A stretch of DNA of 64,000 nucleotides, taken from positions 8,735,408 through 8,799,407 of the forward strand of contig OZ037771.1 in assembly GCA_964035545.1 (NCBI GenBank). The letters are read 5' to 3'. This DNA is from Bugula neritina. Its lineage: Eukaryota > Animalia > Bryozoa. The notes beneath the pieces were generated by a model. The model did not search any database. It saw nothing but the letters and a program-made list of their open reading frames with translations, and was not told where the DNA came from. Below are positions 25,001 through 41,100 of the stretch, piece after piece (the first letter of the stretch is position 1; every line of letters begins with the position of its first letter). The translations under genes and the position numbers were made by a program.

Positions 25001-25730
25001 TAGCCTACAGATGCCCACCACTAGAGGTTCACCTTCAGAAGGCAACGACTTCAATTGAGCAATTATGAGTTATTTATGTAGAAGATCTGTACAGTGTGTG
25101 CAAGGTTTGTACGATATATTTGTAGCAGTGGTGTATCTTGTACTATCACATTTTCAAATTGAACAACATGGCTGTACAAATTCTTCAGGTTATATTAATT
25201 TTATGCAGATGCATCATTATGTTGAGAGGTGTACGATATTAACATGCTAAGTATTTATTTGAAATTTTACAGCAAAACATTTGAACATCACTATGTATCT
25301 CTAGAGAAAAAGTAACAGTTTAAACTTGAAGCTAATTAAAATAATATACACTGGAATTCCTCAGATTCAACAGTGAAAAGCTGAAGTTTGAGACAAGAAT
25401 CCCAGATGCAACTTTCAATATGTGGTTAAATACATAGTGTGAACTATTTTAGACATATTAGAATTATTAGTATAATAGTGTTTATAAGCTGTAAAACAAC
25501 ATACTGATTTCAGATAACATTTTCACAACAAGTAAAAGAATAAAATAATGAAGAAAACCGTTACTTTTACAGATATATAAAAAATATATATATAACGTAA
25601 TACAGATAGAAACTATAGTTGAAATTTCTAGAACTTTTTATTAAAGAAAATTACTATAGTGCAATGCAGTTAATATTTATTAGATTGTGATGACTTGGTA
25701 TACTCAGCTGTATCCTGCTTGATAAGATGC

Positions 25731-25865
25731 AGCTCACCCAGGTAGCTCACCCAGGTAGCCCACCCACGCAGCCCACCCAGGTAGCTCACCCAGTTAGCTC
25801 ACCCAGTTAGCTCACCCACGCAGCCCACCCACGCAGCTCACCCAGGTAGCTCACCCACATAGCTC
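25731..25865. repeat. 14-bp minisatellite (agctcacccaggt-like)
   Basis: About 10 tandem copies. Confidence 0.9.
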
Positions 25866-26194
25866 AAATCTAATGTTACCTTGAGGTCTAGTAAATTATT
25901 AGGCAGCTTATTAAGATATTATCTATATGTAGCATAGCATCCTTTGCAGGAATTATTTTAGTCAATTGACAATTAAAAATTAAACATTGGCAGTAACCAA
26001 AACTTATTGATGAATTTTTAACTTTTACGCTAAATAATACACAGTGTATACTTTATTTGTCATTAATTTGATGAAAAGCAAAAAAAAACATAAAAATAAA
26101 GTTCAGCTACCTTTAAATAAGTCAAAAGCTAACATATTTTTAATGAGCTTTTGTTGTTGTACTTGAGTTCCATTTTCAGATATTTCCACACCCA

Positions 26195-29100
26195 CTAGAC
26201 GGCGATAAGATGTAGCCTACTAGGCCCATGTACAAGAGACTTGTCGGGGCCGTGTGCTCCCTGAGACCCCATTGCCTTGCATGTAGGACCATGGACTAAC
26301 TCCGGGTCATGACCATTGACTTCACAATATGTTGTACTACAACAAAGAGCACAAGTGGTCATGCTATACTATCATGGAGGTGCATCACACAGTAGTATAT
26401 CATACAGTAGTATATCACAGAGTAGTATATCACACAGTAGTATATCACATAGTAGTATATCACAAAGTAGTATATCACATAGTAGTATATCACAAAGTAG
26501 TATATCACACAGTAGTATATCACACAGTAGTATATCACAGAGTAGTATATCACAGAGTAGTATATCACACAGTAGTATATCACAGAGTAGTATATCACAC
26601 AGTAGTATATCACACAGTAGTATATCACACAGTAGTATATCACACAGTAGTATATCACACAGTAGTATATCATACAGTAGTATATCACAGAGTAGTATAT
26701 CACACAGTAGTATATCACACAGTAGTATATCACACAGTAGTATATCACATAGTAGTATATCACATAGTAGTATATCACACAGTAGTATATCACACAGTAG
26801 TATATCACAGAGTAGTATATCACAGAGTAGTATATCACACAGTAGTATATCACACAGTAGTATATCACACAGTAGTATATCACATAGTAGTATATCACAG
26901 AGTAGTATATCACAGAGTAGTATATCATACAGTAGTATATCACATAGTAGTATATCATACAGTAGTATATCACAGAGTAGTATATCACACAGTAGTATAT
27001 CACACAGTAGTATATCACAGAGTAGTATATCACACAGTAGTATATCACACAGTAGTATATCATACAGTAGTATATCACAGAGTAGTATATCACACAGTAG
27101 TATATCACACAGTAGTATATCACAGAGTAGTATATCACAGAGTAGTATATCACACAGTAGTATATCACACAGTAGTATATCACACAGTAGTATATCACAT
27201 AGTAGTATATCACAGAGTAGTATATCACAGAGTAGTATATCACACAGTAGTATATCACAGAGTAGTATATCACATAGTAGTATATCACACAGTAGTATAT
27301 CACAGAGTAGTATATCACAGAGTAGTATATCACACAGTAGTATATCACACAGTAGTATATCACACAGTAGTATATCACACAGTAGTATATCACATAGTAG
27401 TATATCACAGAGTAGTATATCACAGAGTAGTATATCTTACAGTAGTATATCACAGAGTAGTATATCACACAGTAGTATATCACATAGTAGTATATCACAC
27501 AGTAGTATATCACACAGTAGTATATCACAGAGTAGTATATCACAGAGTAGTATATCACACAGTAGTATATCACACAGTAGTATATCACAGAGTAGTATAT
27601 CACAGAGTAGTATATCACACAGTAGTATATCACACAGTAGTATATCACATAGTAGTATATCACAGAGTAGTATATCACAGAGTAGTATATCACAGAGTAG
27701 TATATCACACAGTAGTATATCACACAGTAGTATATCACAGAGTAGTATATCACAGAGTAGTATATCATACAGTAGTATATCACACAGTAGTATATCACAG
27801 AGTAGTATATCATACAGTAGTATATCACAGAGTAGTATATCACACAGTAGTATATCACACAGTAGTATATCACATAGTAGTATATCACACAGTAGTATAT
27901 CACAGAGTAGTATATCACAGAGTAGTATATCATACAGTAGTATATCACAGAGTAGTATATCACAGAGTAGTATATCACATAGTAGTATATCACACAGTAG
28001 TATATCATACAGTAGTATATCACAGAGTAGTATATCATACAGTAGTATATCACACAGTAGTATATCACAGAGTAGTATATCACAGAGTAGTATATCACAT
28101 AGTAGTATATCACACAGTAGTATATCATACAGTAGTATATCACAGAGTAGTATATCATACAGTAGTATATCACACAGTAGTATATCACAGAGTAGTATAT
28201 CACAGAGTAGTATATCACACAGTAGTATATCACACAGTAGTATATCATACAGTAGTATATCACATAGTAGTATATCACAAAGTAGTATATCACAAAGTAG
28301 TATATCACAGAGTAGTATATCACAGAGTAGTATATCACACAGTAGTATATCACATAGTAGTATATCACATAGTAGTATATCACACAGTAGTATATCACAC
28401 AGTAGTATATCATACAGTAGTATATCACAGAGTAGTATATCACAGAGTAGTATATCACAGAGTAGTATATCACACAGTAGTATATCACACAGTAGTATAT
28501 CACACAGTAGTATATCACATAGTAGTATATCACAGAGTAGTATATCACAGAGTAGTATATCACAGAGTAGTATATCACACAGTAGTATATCACACAGTAG
28601 TATATCACATAGTAGTATATCATACAGTAGTATATCACACAGTAGTGTATCACATAGTAGTATATCACAGAGTAGTATATCACAGAGTAGTATATCATAC
28701 AGTAGTATATCACACAGTAGTATATCACAGAGTAGTATATCACAGAGTAGTATATCACAGAGTAGTATATCACAGAGTAGTATATCACAGAGTAGTGTAT
28801 CACACAGTAGTATATCATACAGTAGTATATCACAGAGTAGTATATCACACAGTAGTATATCACACAGTAGTATATCATACAGTAGTATATCACACAGTAG
28901 TGTATCACAGAGTAGTATATCACAGAGTAGTATATCACAGAGTAGTATATCACAGAGTAGTATATCACACAGTAGTATATCACACAGTAGTATATCACAG
29001 AGTAGTATATCACAGAGTAGTATATCATACAGTAGTATATCATACAGTAATATATCACACAGTAGTATATCACACAGTAGTATATCACAGAGTAGTATAT

Positions 29101-32100
29101 CACACAGTAGTATATCACAAAGTAGTATATCACAGAGTAGTATATCACACAGTAGTATATCACACAGTAGTATATCACACAGTAGTATATCATACAGTAG
29201 TATATCATACAGTAGTATATCATACAGTAGTATATCACACAGTAGTATATCATACAGTAGTATATCACATAGTAGTATATCACATAGTAGTATATCACAC
29301 AGTAGTATATCATACAGTAGTATATCACAGAGTAATATATCACAGAGTAGTATATCACACAGTAGTATATCACAAAGTAGTATATCACATAGTAGTATAT
29401 CACAAAGTAGTATATCACACAGTAGTATATCACACAGTAGTATATCATACAGTAGTATATCACACAGTAGTATATCACATAGTAGTATATCACACAGTAG
29501 TATATCACAAAGTAGTATATCACATAGTAGTATATCACAAAGTAGTATATCACACAGTAGTATATCACACAGTAGTATATCACAGAGTAGTATATCATAC
29601 AGTAGTATATCATACAGTAGTATATCATACAGTAGTATATCACACAGTAGTATATCACAGAGTAGTATATCACAGAGTAGTATATCACACAGTAGTATAT
29701 CACACAGTAGTATATCACAGAGTAGTATATCACACAGTAGTATATCACATAGTAGTATATCACAGAGTAGTATATCACACAGTAGTATATCACACAGTAG
29801 TATATCACAGAGTAGTATATCACACAGTAGTATATCACACAGTAGTATATCACACAGTAGTATATCACAGAGTAGTATATCACACAGTAGTATATCACAC
29901 AGTAGTATATCACAGAGTAGTATATCACACAGTAGTATATCACATAGTAGTATATCACAGAGTAGTATATCACACAGTAGTATATCACACAGTAGTATAT
30001 CACAGAGTAGTATATCACACAGTAGTATATCACACAGTAGTATATCACAGAGTAGTATATCACACAGTAGTATATCACACAGTAGTATATCACAGAGTAG
30101 TATATCACACAGTAGTATATCACAGAGTAGTATATCACAGAGTAGTATATCACATAGTAGTATATCACACAGTAGTATATCACAGAGTAATATATCACAC
30201 AGTAGTATATCATACAGTAGTATATCACAGAGTAGTATATCACAGAGTAGTATATCACACAGTAGTATATCACAAAGTAGTATATCATACAGTAGTATAT
30301 CACACAGTAGTATATCACAGAGTAGCATATCACAGAGTAGTATATCACACAGTAGTATATCACACAGTAGTATATCACAGAGTAATATATCACACAGTAG
30401 TATATCATACAGTAGTATATCACAGAGTAGTATATCACAGAGTAGTATATCACACAGTAATATATCACACAGTAGTATATCACACAGTAGTATATCATAC
30501 AGTAGTATATCACACAGTAGTATATCACAGAGTAGCATATCACAGAGTAGTATATCACACAGTAGTATATCACACAGTAGTATATCACAGAGTAATATAT
30601 CACACAGTAGTATATCATACAGTAGTATATCACAGAGTAGTATATCACAGAGTAGTATATCACACAGTAGTATATCACAAAGTAGTATATCACACAGTAG
30701 TATATCATACAGTAGTATATCACATAGTAGTATATCACAAAGTAGTATATCACAGAGTAGTATATCACACAGTAGTATATCATACAGTAGTATATCATAC
30801 AGTAGTATATCACAGAGTAGTATATCACACAGTAGTATATCACACAGTAGTATATCACAGAGTAGTATATCACAGAGTAGTATATCATACAGTAATATAT
30901 CATACAGCAGTATATCATACAGTAATATATCACACAGTAGTATATCACATAGTAGTATATCATACAGTAGTATATCACACAGTAGTATATCACAGAGTAG
31001 TATATCACACAGTAGTATATCACATAGTAGTATATCACACAGTAGTAGATCATACAGTAGTATATCATACAGTAGTATATCACACAGTAGTATATCACAC
31101 AGTAGTATATCACAGAGTAGTATATCACACAGTAGTATATCACAGAGTAGTATATCACACAGTAGTATATCACACAGTAGTATATCACAGAGTAGTATAT
31201 CACAGAGTAGTATATCACACAGTAGTATATCACAGAGTAGTATATCACACAGTAGTATATCACAGAGTAGTATATCATACAGTAGTATATCACAGAGTAG
31301 TATATCATACAGTAGTATATCACAGAGTAGTATATCACATAGTAGTATATCACAGAGTAGTATATCACACAGTAGTATATCACACAGTAGTATATCATAC
31401 AGTAGTATATCACACAGTAGTATATCATACAGTAGTATATCACACAGTAGTATATCACAGAGTAGTATATCACACAGTAGTATATCACATAGTAGTATAT
31501 CATACAGTAGTATATCACACAGTAGTATATCACAGAGTAGTATATCACACAGTAGTATATCACATAGTAGTATATCACACAGTAGTATATCACACAGTAG
31601 TATATCACAGAGTAGTATATCACAGAGTAGTATATCACACAGTAGTATATCACAGAGTAGTATATCACAGAGTAGTATATCACACAGTAGTATATCACAG
31701 AGTAGTATATCACACAGTAGTATATCACACAGTAGTATATCACATAGTAGTATATCATACAGTAGTATATCACACAGTAGTATATCACAGAGTAGTATAT
31801 CACACAGTAGTATATCACACAGTAGTATATCATACAGTAGTATATCATACAGTAGTATATCACACAGTAGTATATCACAGAGTAGTATATCACAGAGTAG
31901 TATATCACACAGTAGTATATCACAGAGTAGTATATCACACAGTAGTATATCACACAGTAGTATATCACAGAGTAGTATATCACAGAGTAGTATATCACAC
32001 AGTAGTATATCACAGAGTAGTATATCACAGAGTAGTATATCACACAGTAGTATATCACAAAGTAGTATATCACACAGTAGTATATCACACAGTAGTATAT

Positions 32101-35100
32101 CATACAGTAGTATATCATACAGTAGTATATCATACAGTAGTATATCACACAGTAGTATATCATACAGTAGTATATCACATAGTAGTATATCACAAAGTAG
32201 TATATCACAGAGTAGTATATCACACAGTAGTATATCATACAGTAGTATATCATACAGTAGTATATCACAGAGTAGTATATCACACAGTAGTATATCATAC
32301 AGTAGTATATCACAGAGTAGTATATCACAGAGTAGTATATCACACAGTAGTATATCACAGAGTAGTATATCACAGAGTAGTATATCACACAGTAGTATAT
32401 CACAAAGTAGTATATCACAGAGTAGTATATCACAGAGTAGTATATCACACAGTAGTATATCACAGAGTAGTATATCACAGAGTAGTATATCACACAGTAG
32501 TATATCACAAAGTAGTATATCACACAGTAGTATATCACACAGTAGTATATCACACAGTAGTATATCACAGAGTAGTATATCATACAGTAGTATATCACAC
32601 AGTAGTATATCACAGAGTAGTATATCACACAGTAGTATATCACACAGTAGTATATCACACAGTAGTATATCACACAGTAGTATATCATACAGTAGTATAT
32701 CACACAGTAGTATATCATACAGTAGTATATCACATAGTAGTATATCACAAAGTAGTATATCACAGAGTAGTATATCATACAGTAGTATATCACAGAGTAG
32801 TATATCACACAGTAGTATATCACAGAGTAGTATATCATACAGTAGTATATCACACAGTAGTATATCACACAGTAGTATATCACACAGTAGTGTATCATAC
32901 AGTAGTATATCATACAGTAGTATATCACAGAGTAGTATATCACACAGTAGTATATCACACAGTAGTATATCACAGAGTAGTATATCACACAGTAGTATAT
33001 CACAGAGTAGTATATCACACAGTAGTATATCACACAGTAGTATATCACACAGTAGTATATCATACAGTAGTATATCATACAGTAGTATATCACACAGTAG
33101 TATATCACAGAGTAGTATATCATACAGTAGTATATCACAGAGTAGTATATCACACAGTAGTATATCACACAGTAGTATATCACAGAGTAGTATATCACAC
33201 AGTAGTATATCACACAGTAGTATATCACAGAGTAGTATATCATACAGTAGTATATCACAGAGTAGTATATCATACAGTAGTATATCATACAGTAGTATAT
33301 CATACAGTAGTATATCATACAGTAGTGTATCATACAGTAGTATATCACAGAGTAGTATATCACAGAGTAGTATATCACAGAGTAGTATATCACAGAGTAG
33401 TATATCACACAGTAGTATATCACAGAGTAGTATATCACAGAGTAGTATATCATACAGTAGTATATCACACAGTAGTATATCATACAGTAATATATCACAC
33501 AGTAGTATATCACACAGTAGTATATCACAGAGTAGTATATCACACAGTAGTATATCACAAAGTAGTATATCACAGAGTAGTATATCACACAGTAGTATAT
33601 CACACAGTAGTATATCACACAGTAGTATATCATACAGTAGTATATCATACAGTAGTATATCATACAGTAGTATATCACACAGTAGTATATCATACAGTAG
33701 TATATCACATAGTAGTATATCACAGAGTAGTATATCACACAGTAGTATATCACAGAGTAGTATATCACACAGTAGTATATCACACAGTAGTATATCACAG
33801 AGTAGTATATCACACAGTAGTATATCACACAGTAGTATATCATACAGTAGTATATCACAGAGTAGTATATCACAGAGTAATATATCATACAGTAGTATAT
33901 CACACAGTAGTATATCACAGAGTAGTATATCACACAGTAGTATATCACACAGTAGTATATCACAGAGTAGTATATCACACAGTAGTATATCACACAGTAG
34001 TATATCACAGAGTAGTATATCATACAGTAGTATATCACAGAGTAGTATATCATACAGTAGTATATCATACAGTAGTATATCATACAGTAGTATATCATAC
34101 AGTAGTGTATCATACAGTAGTATATCACAGAGTAGTATATCACAGAGTAGTATATCACAGAGTAGTATATCACAGAGTAGTATATCACACAGTAGTATAT
34201 CACAGAGTAGTATATCACAGAGTAGTATATCATACAGTAGTATATCACACAGTAGTATATCATACAGTAATATATCACACAGTAGTATATCACACAGTAG
34301 TATATCACAGAGTAGTATATCACACAGTAGTATATCACAAAGTAGTATATCACAGAGTAGTATATCACACAGTAGTATATCACACAGTAGTATATCACAC
34401 AGTAGTATATCATACAGTAGTATATCATACAGTAGTATATCATACAGTAGTATATCACACAGTAGTATATCATACAGTAGTATATCACATAGTAGTATAT
34501 CACAGAGTAGTATATCACACAGTAGTATATCACAGAGTAGTATATCACACAGTAGTATATCACACAGTAGTATATCACAGAGTAGTATATCACACAGTAG
34601 TATATCACACAGTAGTATATCATACAGTAGTATATCACAGAGTAGTATATCACAGAGTAATATATCATACAGTAGTATATCACACAGTAGTATATCACAG
34701 AGTAGTATATCACACAGTAGTATATCACACAGTAGTATATCACAGAGTAGTATATCACACAGTAGTATATCACAGAGTAGTATATCACACAGTAGTATAT
34801 CACACAGTAGTATATCACACAGTAGTATATCACACAGTAGTATATCATACAGTAGTATATCATACAGTAGTATATCACACAGTAGTATATCACAGAGTAG
34901 TATATCACACAGTAGTATATCACATAGTAGTATATCACACAGTAGTATATCACACAGTAGTATATCACAGAGTAGTATATCACAGAGTAGTATATCACAC
35001 AGTAGTATATCACAGAGTAGTATATCACAGAGTAGTATATCACACAGTAGTATATCACAGAGTAGTATATCACACAGTAGTATATCATACAGTAGTATAT

Positions 35101-38100
35101 CACACAGTAGTATATCACACAGTAGTATATCACAGAGTAGTATATCACACAGTAGTATATCACATAGTAGTATATCACAGAGTAGTATATCACAGAGTAG
35201 TATATCACACAGTAGTATATCACAGAGTAGTATATCACACAGTAGTATATCACATAGTAGTATATCACAGAGTAGTATATCACAGAGTAGTATATCACAC
35301 AGTAGTATATCACAGAGTAGTATATCACACAGTAGTATATCACAGAGTAGTATATCACAGAGTAGTATATCACACAGTAGTATATCACACAGTAGTATAT
35401 CATACAGTAGTATATCACACAGTAGTATATCATACAGTAGTATATCACACAGTAGTATATCACAGAGTAGTATATCACATAGTAGTATATCACAGAGTAG
35501 TATATCACAGAGTAGTATATCACAGAGTAGTATATCACACAGTAGTATATCACAGAGTAGTATATCACACAGTAGTATATCACACAGTAGTATATCACAG
35601 AGTAGTATATCACAGAGTAGTATATCACACAGTAGTATATCACACAGTAGTATATCATACAGTAGTATATCATACAGTAGTATATCATACAGTAGTATAT
35701 CACACAGTAGTATATCATACAGTAGTATATCACATAGTAGTATATCACAAAGTAGTATATCACACAGTAGTATATCATACAGTAGTATATCACACAGTAG
35801 TATATCACACAGTAGTATATCACAGAGTAGTATATCACAGAGTAGTATATCACACAGTAGTATATCACACAGTAGTATATCACAGAGTAGTATATCACAC
35901 AGTAGTATATCACATAGTAGTATATCACAGAGTAGTATATCACAGAGTAGTATATCACAGAGTAGTATATCACACAGTAGTATATCACACAGTAGTATAT
36001 CACACAGTAGTATATCACAGAGTAGTATATCACACAGTAGTATATCACAGAGTAGTATATCACACAGTAGTATATCACACAGTAGTATATCACAGAGTAG
36101 TATATCACAGAGTAGTATATCACACAGTAGTATATCACACAGTAGTATATCACACAGTAGTATATCATACAGTAGTATATCATACAGTAGTATATCACAG
36201 AGTAGTATATCATACAGTAGTATATCATACAGTAGTATATCACAGAGTAGTATATCACACAGTAGTATATCACACAGTAGTATATCACACAGTAGTATAT
36301 CACAGAGTAGTATATCACACATAGTAGTATATCACACAGTAGTATATCACAGAGTAGTATATCATACAGTAGTATATCACACAGTAGTATATCACAGAGT
36401 AGTGTATCATACAGTAACTCTACTCACAGCAGGTAACTGTCTTGAGCTCCCTTAAACAATGAACTATCTGGTCCCACAGCCAGCTTTGACCTGAAGTAAT
36501 ACAATACAGAGTCTTACAACACATATTCCTGTTTAAAACGGAGAAGTACTACACAAATACTGTGCAAACATGCTTTAAGCTTATATGCAACTGACTCAAC
36601 ACTAAACATATGTATGCTAATATATGAGTGTTTAAGGTGTGAACAGCTTAAAGCTTTTGATGACTAAATAAAACAAAGGGATCATCAGTGTTTCAAGGTT
36701 CTCTGCTGTTGTCCCTAAAACTCCATAGAACCACAAGACAAGGGTACATAGAAAGACCTATAGAGCTATTGCCCTCTGATGTGTATGCTAGAACTTTATT
36801 TACAGAAAGGAAGTGAATATATATACATTATTTTCATCATGGCTTAGTTTTATGAAGAATCAAGAGAATCTTATAAGTGAGCAAACCATATACTGTTTAA
36901 TAGAAACAAGAGCATGAGACTGGCTAAGGCAACACCCTTTAACACATGCACCACCAACACCACTTGTTCACCAACATAAGTGTCACGTACTTGACCACTG
37001 GTTTAGTTGGAGATTTATTCCCTTTTACCCCTTGACCTTTCGGTTTACGTTCTTTAGCATGAGAGGTCATTGCTGGATCTATAGCAGTAGCCTTAGCTGG
37101 GAGGTTCTTCTGGGTAGACTTACCAGTACCACCTAAACAAACCATAGTCACTAAAGTATCTGAACATGTATCAGAGACTAACAATATAAGATATGGTCAA
37201 ACTTGAAGTATTTAAAACTATCTATTATTTCAAGTATATAAAGTAAGCAAAATTAGAATAAAATATATATATTTTGCAAAGGACAGTCCTTAATAATATC
37301 ACCAAGTAAACACAAACCAGTTTTTAAAAAGAAGAAATATTAGCAAGCTACAAAAGCTCTAAACCCTAAAAAGAATAATTTCTGCAATAATTTCTACTGA
37401 TACACTATAACTTACCAACCTCACCCTGTAAATTACAATGTGTGAACAAACATAGAGAGAGGTTTGCTTACTGTTAGCAGCAGCCGTTGCAGGTTTAGAT
37501 GAAGAGGTGCCAGCCACAGATGTGGAAGGTGTTGAGGCAGCAGCAGCGGGTCTGGATGCTGTTGAGGCAGCAGTAGCGGGTCTGGACGCTGTTGAGGCAG
37601 CAGTAGCAGGTCTGGATGCTGTTGAGGCAGCAGTAGCAGGTTTGGATGCTGTTGAGGCAGCAGTAGCGGGTCTGGATGCTGTTGAGGCAGCAGTAGCGGG
37701 TCTGGATGCTGAAGTACTACAACAGCATCAGAAGACAGTGGTGACAAGTAATTACCAATAGCCTCTACCTGAGCTGTGTTTGAATTATTATTCTGTTGTC
37801 AGAAAGCTATTGGCTTGGCAATCTCACCAACTCCACCATAAATAAATCTGTCGGTTTGACCAACCAAGAGGCACCTGCACCTACCTGGTTGTCAGTGACT
37901 TGAGTAAGCTGACCACTTTCTTCTCATCATAGTTTGTGGATTCCAAAGCCATTGTGATCAGGTCGTTTGGTGTATTTGGAAAATCTTTCCTAATCTTTTT
38001 CTCCACTGTATTTGGAGAAAAAAATGATACAAGTAAAATGTGATGTCAGACTCACTCTACAGCACATTTATCAAATTACAGGGTAATTAATAGAGATACA

Positions 38101-41100
38101 ATACAATCTAACTGCCCCCATATCGTCTTCTCTGTGTTATTATTACATTATATTATTATTATTTTCTGTTATTATTTTATTGTATTACTATTTTATATTA
38201 TTATTATATTATATTTTTATGATATTAATATTTATCACTTTTCACATAAAATTCATCTTAAATCAACTTATGAGTGATTTGGTAAATAGATTACAAAGGC
38301 TCGACAAAGGAGCTCTGTGACCAACGATGAGAGGTTATCTCCACAACCTTAATTACTCAGAAGTATTTCTTAGCAGAGGACATACCGTCAGCTTTCTTCT
38401 TCTCCGCCTCCCGAGCAGCCACTTCCTTCTGCTGCTTCTCATACTGAGTGAGAAAACCGAGTTCCTTTAACTTCTTCTTTGTGGTAGCTTCTTCAGCATT
38501 GCAACTGGTTTTCAAAAAGTAATGCAACTATAATTAAAAGCATTTCAAAGCTTATTTAATAACTGGCCTAGAATAATTTTTAATTTAGAAATAACATTAG
38601 AAGTGACAGGACAAAGCGGAGATAGGTGAGAAAATAGGTGAGAATTAGAGGTGATATAATAGGGATCACAGCGTTTGCCTAGTAAGCACCAAGTCATGGA
38701 TTCCAAGGCCAAAGTGATGTTAGGAAGAGCATCCAGTCATAACTGCTTCTGTGCCCCATTTGAATAAGTACTAGCCCAATTTAACGACAAACCCTTTCCA
38801 TCGTGAGCATGAATTATTATAGGTGATAAAAATATGTAGCAGCCAATGCTCACTGAATCGGCTTAATCAACTAAGTAGATTGTAGAGTAGCCTGAGGTAC
38901 CTCATGATGGTTGACTTAAGTATATCCTCAGCACAATCATGGTACAGAGGCTGCAACTTTTGCATCAACCTTTCTGCCTTTATTTCTTGCTGTGAGACTT
39001 TTGCGTATCCTCTACCCTCAAGCTCAGCTATGGCATTCTTTTCCGAATTATTGTTGCTGCCAAAAAAAATTATCTCATGAAATTATAAAAATGGCTATAC
39101 ATAGAGCTATATATTTGACTGAAATGAATAATGTTTATTAAAATTTGAAACACAAAAGCTTTGCCAGAGATTAAATATTCCTTAGCTAAGCTGAAACTAA
39201 AAGTCACCACTTTGATGGAGTTACATGTATATGCTAGTAATGGTGGTTGTGTAAAACCTTTTACCGAGTCATTATAAAAATAAAATAACAATAAGAAATG
39301 AGGCAATGCTAAATCACAAAACTGGGTTGCAAGCTAGCCTGATGAGTGAAATTTATAAAAAAATTATTAAAAATATAGTAGCTACCAGCAAAATACAGGT
39401 GAGCTCAAGCTATTTGGTTTATAATAAGAGTTTGAAATTTATAATGCATATGTTGGGTCCGTTTTGTGGTGACTACCATATGTGTGAAAGAATAAAATAT
39501 ATATGTACAGTATTATTAATATAAGTTGCTCCAGCATAAAACTAACAAGATGCTTTCGGGGAAATACTAGTCTAAAACTCTGACTACTATTACTAGGGTT
39601 AGTACTAAGTACCACTGTAGCTAGTATTACCATGGTTAGTACTAAGTACCACTGTGGCTAGTATCACCATGGTTAGTACTAAGTACCGCTGTGGTTAGTA
39701 TCACCATGGTTAGTACTAAGTACCGCTGTGGTTAGTATCACCATGGTTAGTACTAAGTACCGCTGTGGCCTAGTATCACCATGATTAGTACTTAGTACCG
39801 CTGTGGTTAGTATCACCATGGTTAGTACTGAGTACCACTGTGGCTAGTATCACTATGGTTAGTACTAAGTACCATTGTAGCTAGTATCACTATGGTTAGT
39901 ACTAAGTACCACTGTGGCTAGTATTACCATGGTTAGTACTAAGTACCGCTGTGGTTAGTATCACCATGGTTAGTACTAAGTACCACTGTGGCTAGTATCA
40001 CTATGGTTAGTACTAAGTACCACTGTAGCTAGTATCACTATGGTTAGTACTAAGTACCACTGTGGCTAGTATCACCATGGTTAGTACTAAGTACCGCTGT
40101 GGTTAGTATCACCATGGTTAGTACTAAGTACCACTGTGGCTAGTATCACCATGGTTAGTACTAAGTACCGCTGTGGTTAGTATCACCATGGTTAGTACTA
40201 AGTACCACTGTGGCTAGTATCACCATGGTTAGTACTAAGTACCGCTGTGGTTAGTATCACCATGGTTAGTACTAAGTACCGCTGTGGTTAGTATCACCAT
40301 GGTTAGTACTAAGTACCGCTGTGGTTAGTATCACCATGGTTAGTACTAAGTACCGCTGTGGTTAGTATCACCATGGTTAGTACTAAGTACCACTGTGGCT
40401 AGTATCACTATGGTTAGTACTAAGTACCACTGTAGCTAGTATCACTATGGTTAGTACTAAGTACCACTGTGGCTAGTATCACCATGGTTAGTACTAAGTA
40501 CCACTGTGGCTAGTATTACCATGGTTAGTACTAAGTACCGCTGTGGTTAGTATCACCATGGTTAGTACTAAGTACCACTGTAGCTAGTATCACCATGGTT
40601 AGTACTAAGTACCACTGTAGCTAGTATTACCATGGTTGGTAGACTGCTGCTAATACTATACACTATACTGACTATAAGCACACCTCTCCAAAGCAGCTCT
40701 GATATGGCCTTCAAAGGCATCGGGAAAAGTTTCTTTGAGCTTCTTGATAAGCTTTTCATCAGCTCGAACAAACAGACCAACTTTCTTGGGTTCTTGTACA
40801 GTGCTAGTGAAGCTAGTCTCTTGCTGTAAGTGTGTCATATGATATACTATAATATGATAATATATCATCAATATAATATAATATATGATATCACTAATAT
40901 CCATATTCAACTCCTATATATATTCCTCTAATACATAAACTTTGGCAACAGCTCAAACGTTTAAGGCTCAAATAACCTTGTCTCAAGTTGGCAGAGGAAG
41001 TAAACCAGCATTAGCTGGGTTCAACTGAACATTTGTAAGTTTATTAACTATTTCCAATTATTAGTTTAATTAGGAGAGCTTCACTATGCCGTAAGGTCAA

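Noticed and set aside
19300-25700. Short ORFs in the intergenic region
   Set aside because: No recognisable motifs or consistent exon chain seen
26382-36414. Absence of TAG/TAA at the variable triplet as evidence of coding selection
   Set aside because: The two variable sites are 2 bp apart, so recombinant units are expected to be rare without any selection
26316-36455. Four ~3000-aa ORFs (SSISH, VVYHT, VIYYC, CDILL repeats)
   Set aside because: By-product of a 15-bp unit that is stop-free in several frames on both strands; the region is an intron of a phase-consistent minus-strand gene
39597-40638. 37-bp palindromic repeats as a CRISPR array
   Set aside because: Head-to-tail units with no unique spacers, no cas genes, eukaryotic intron context
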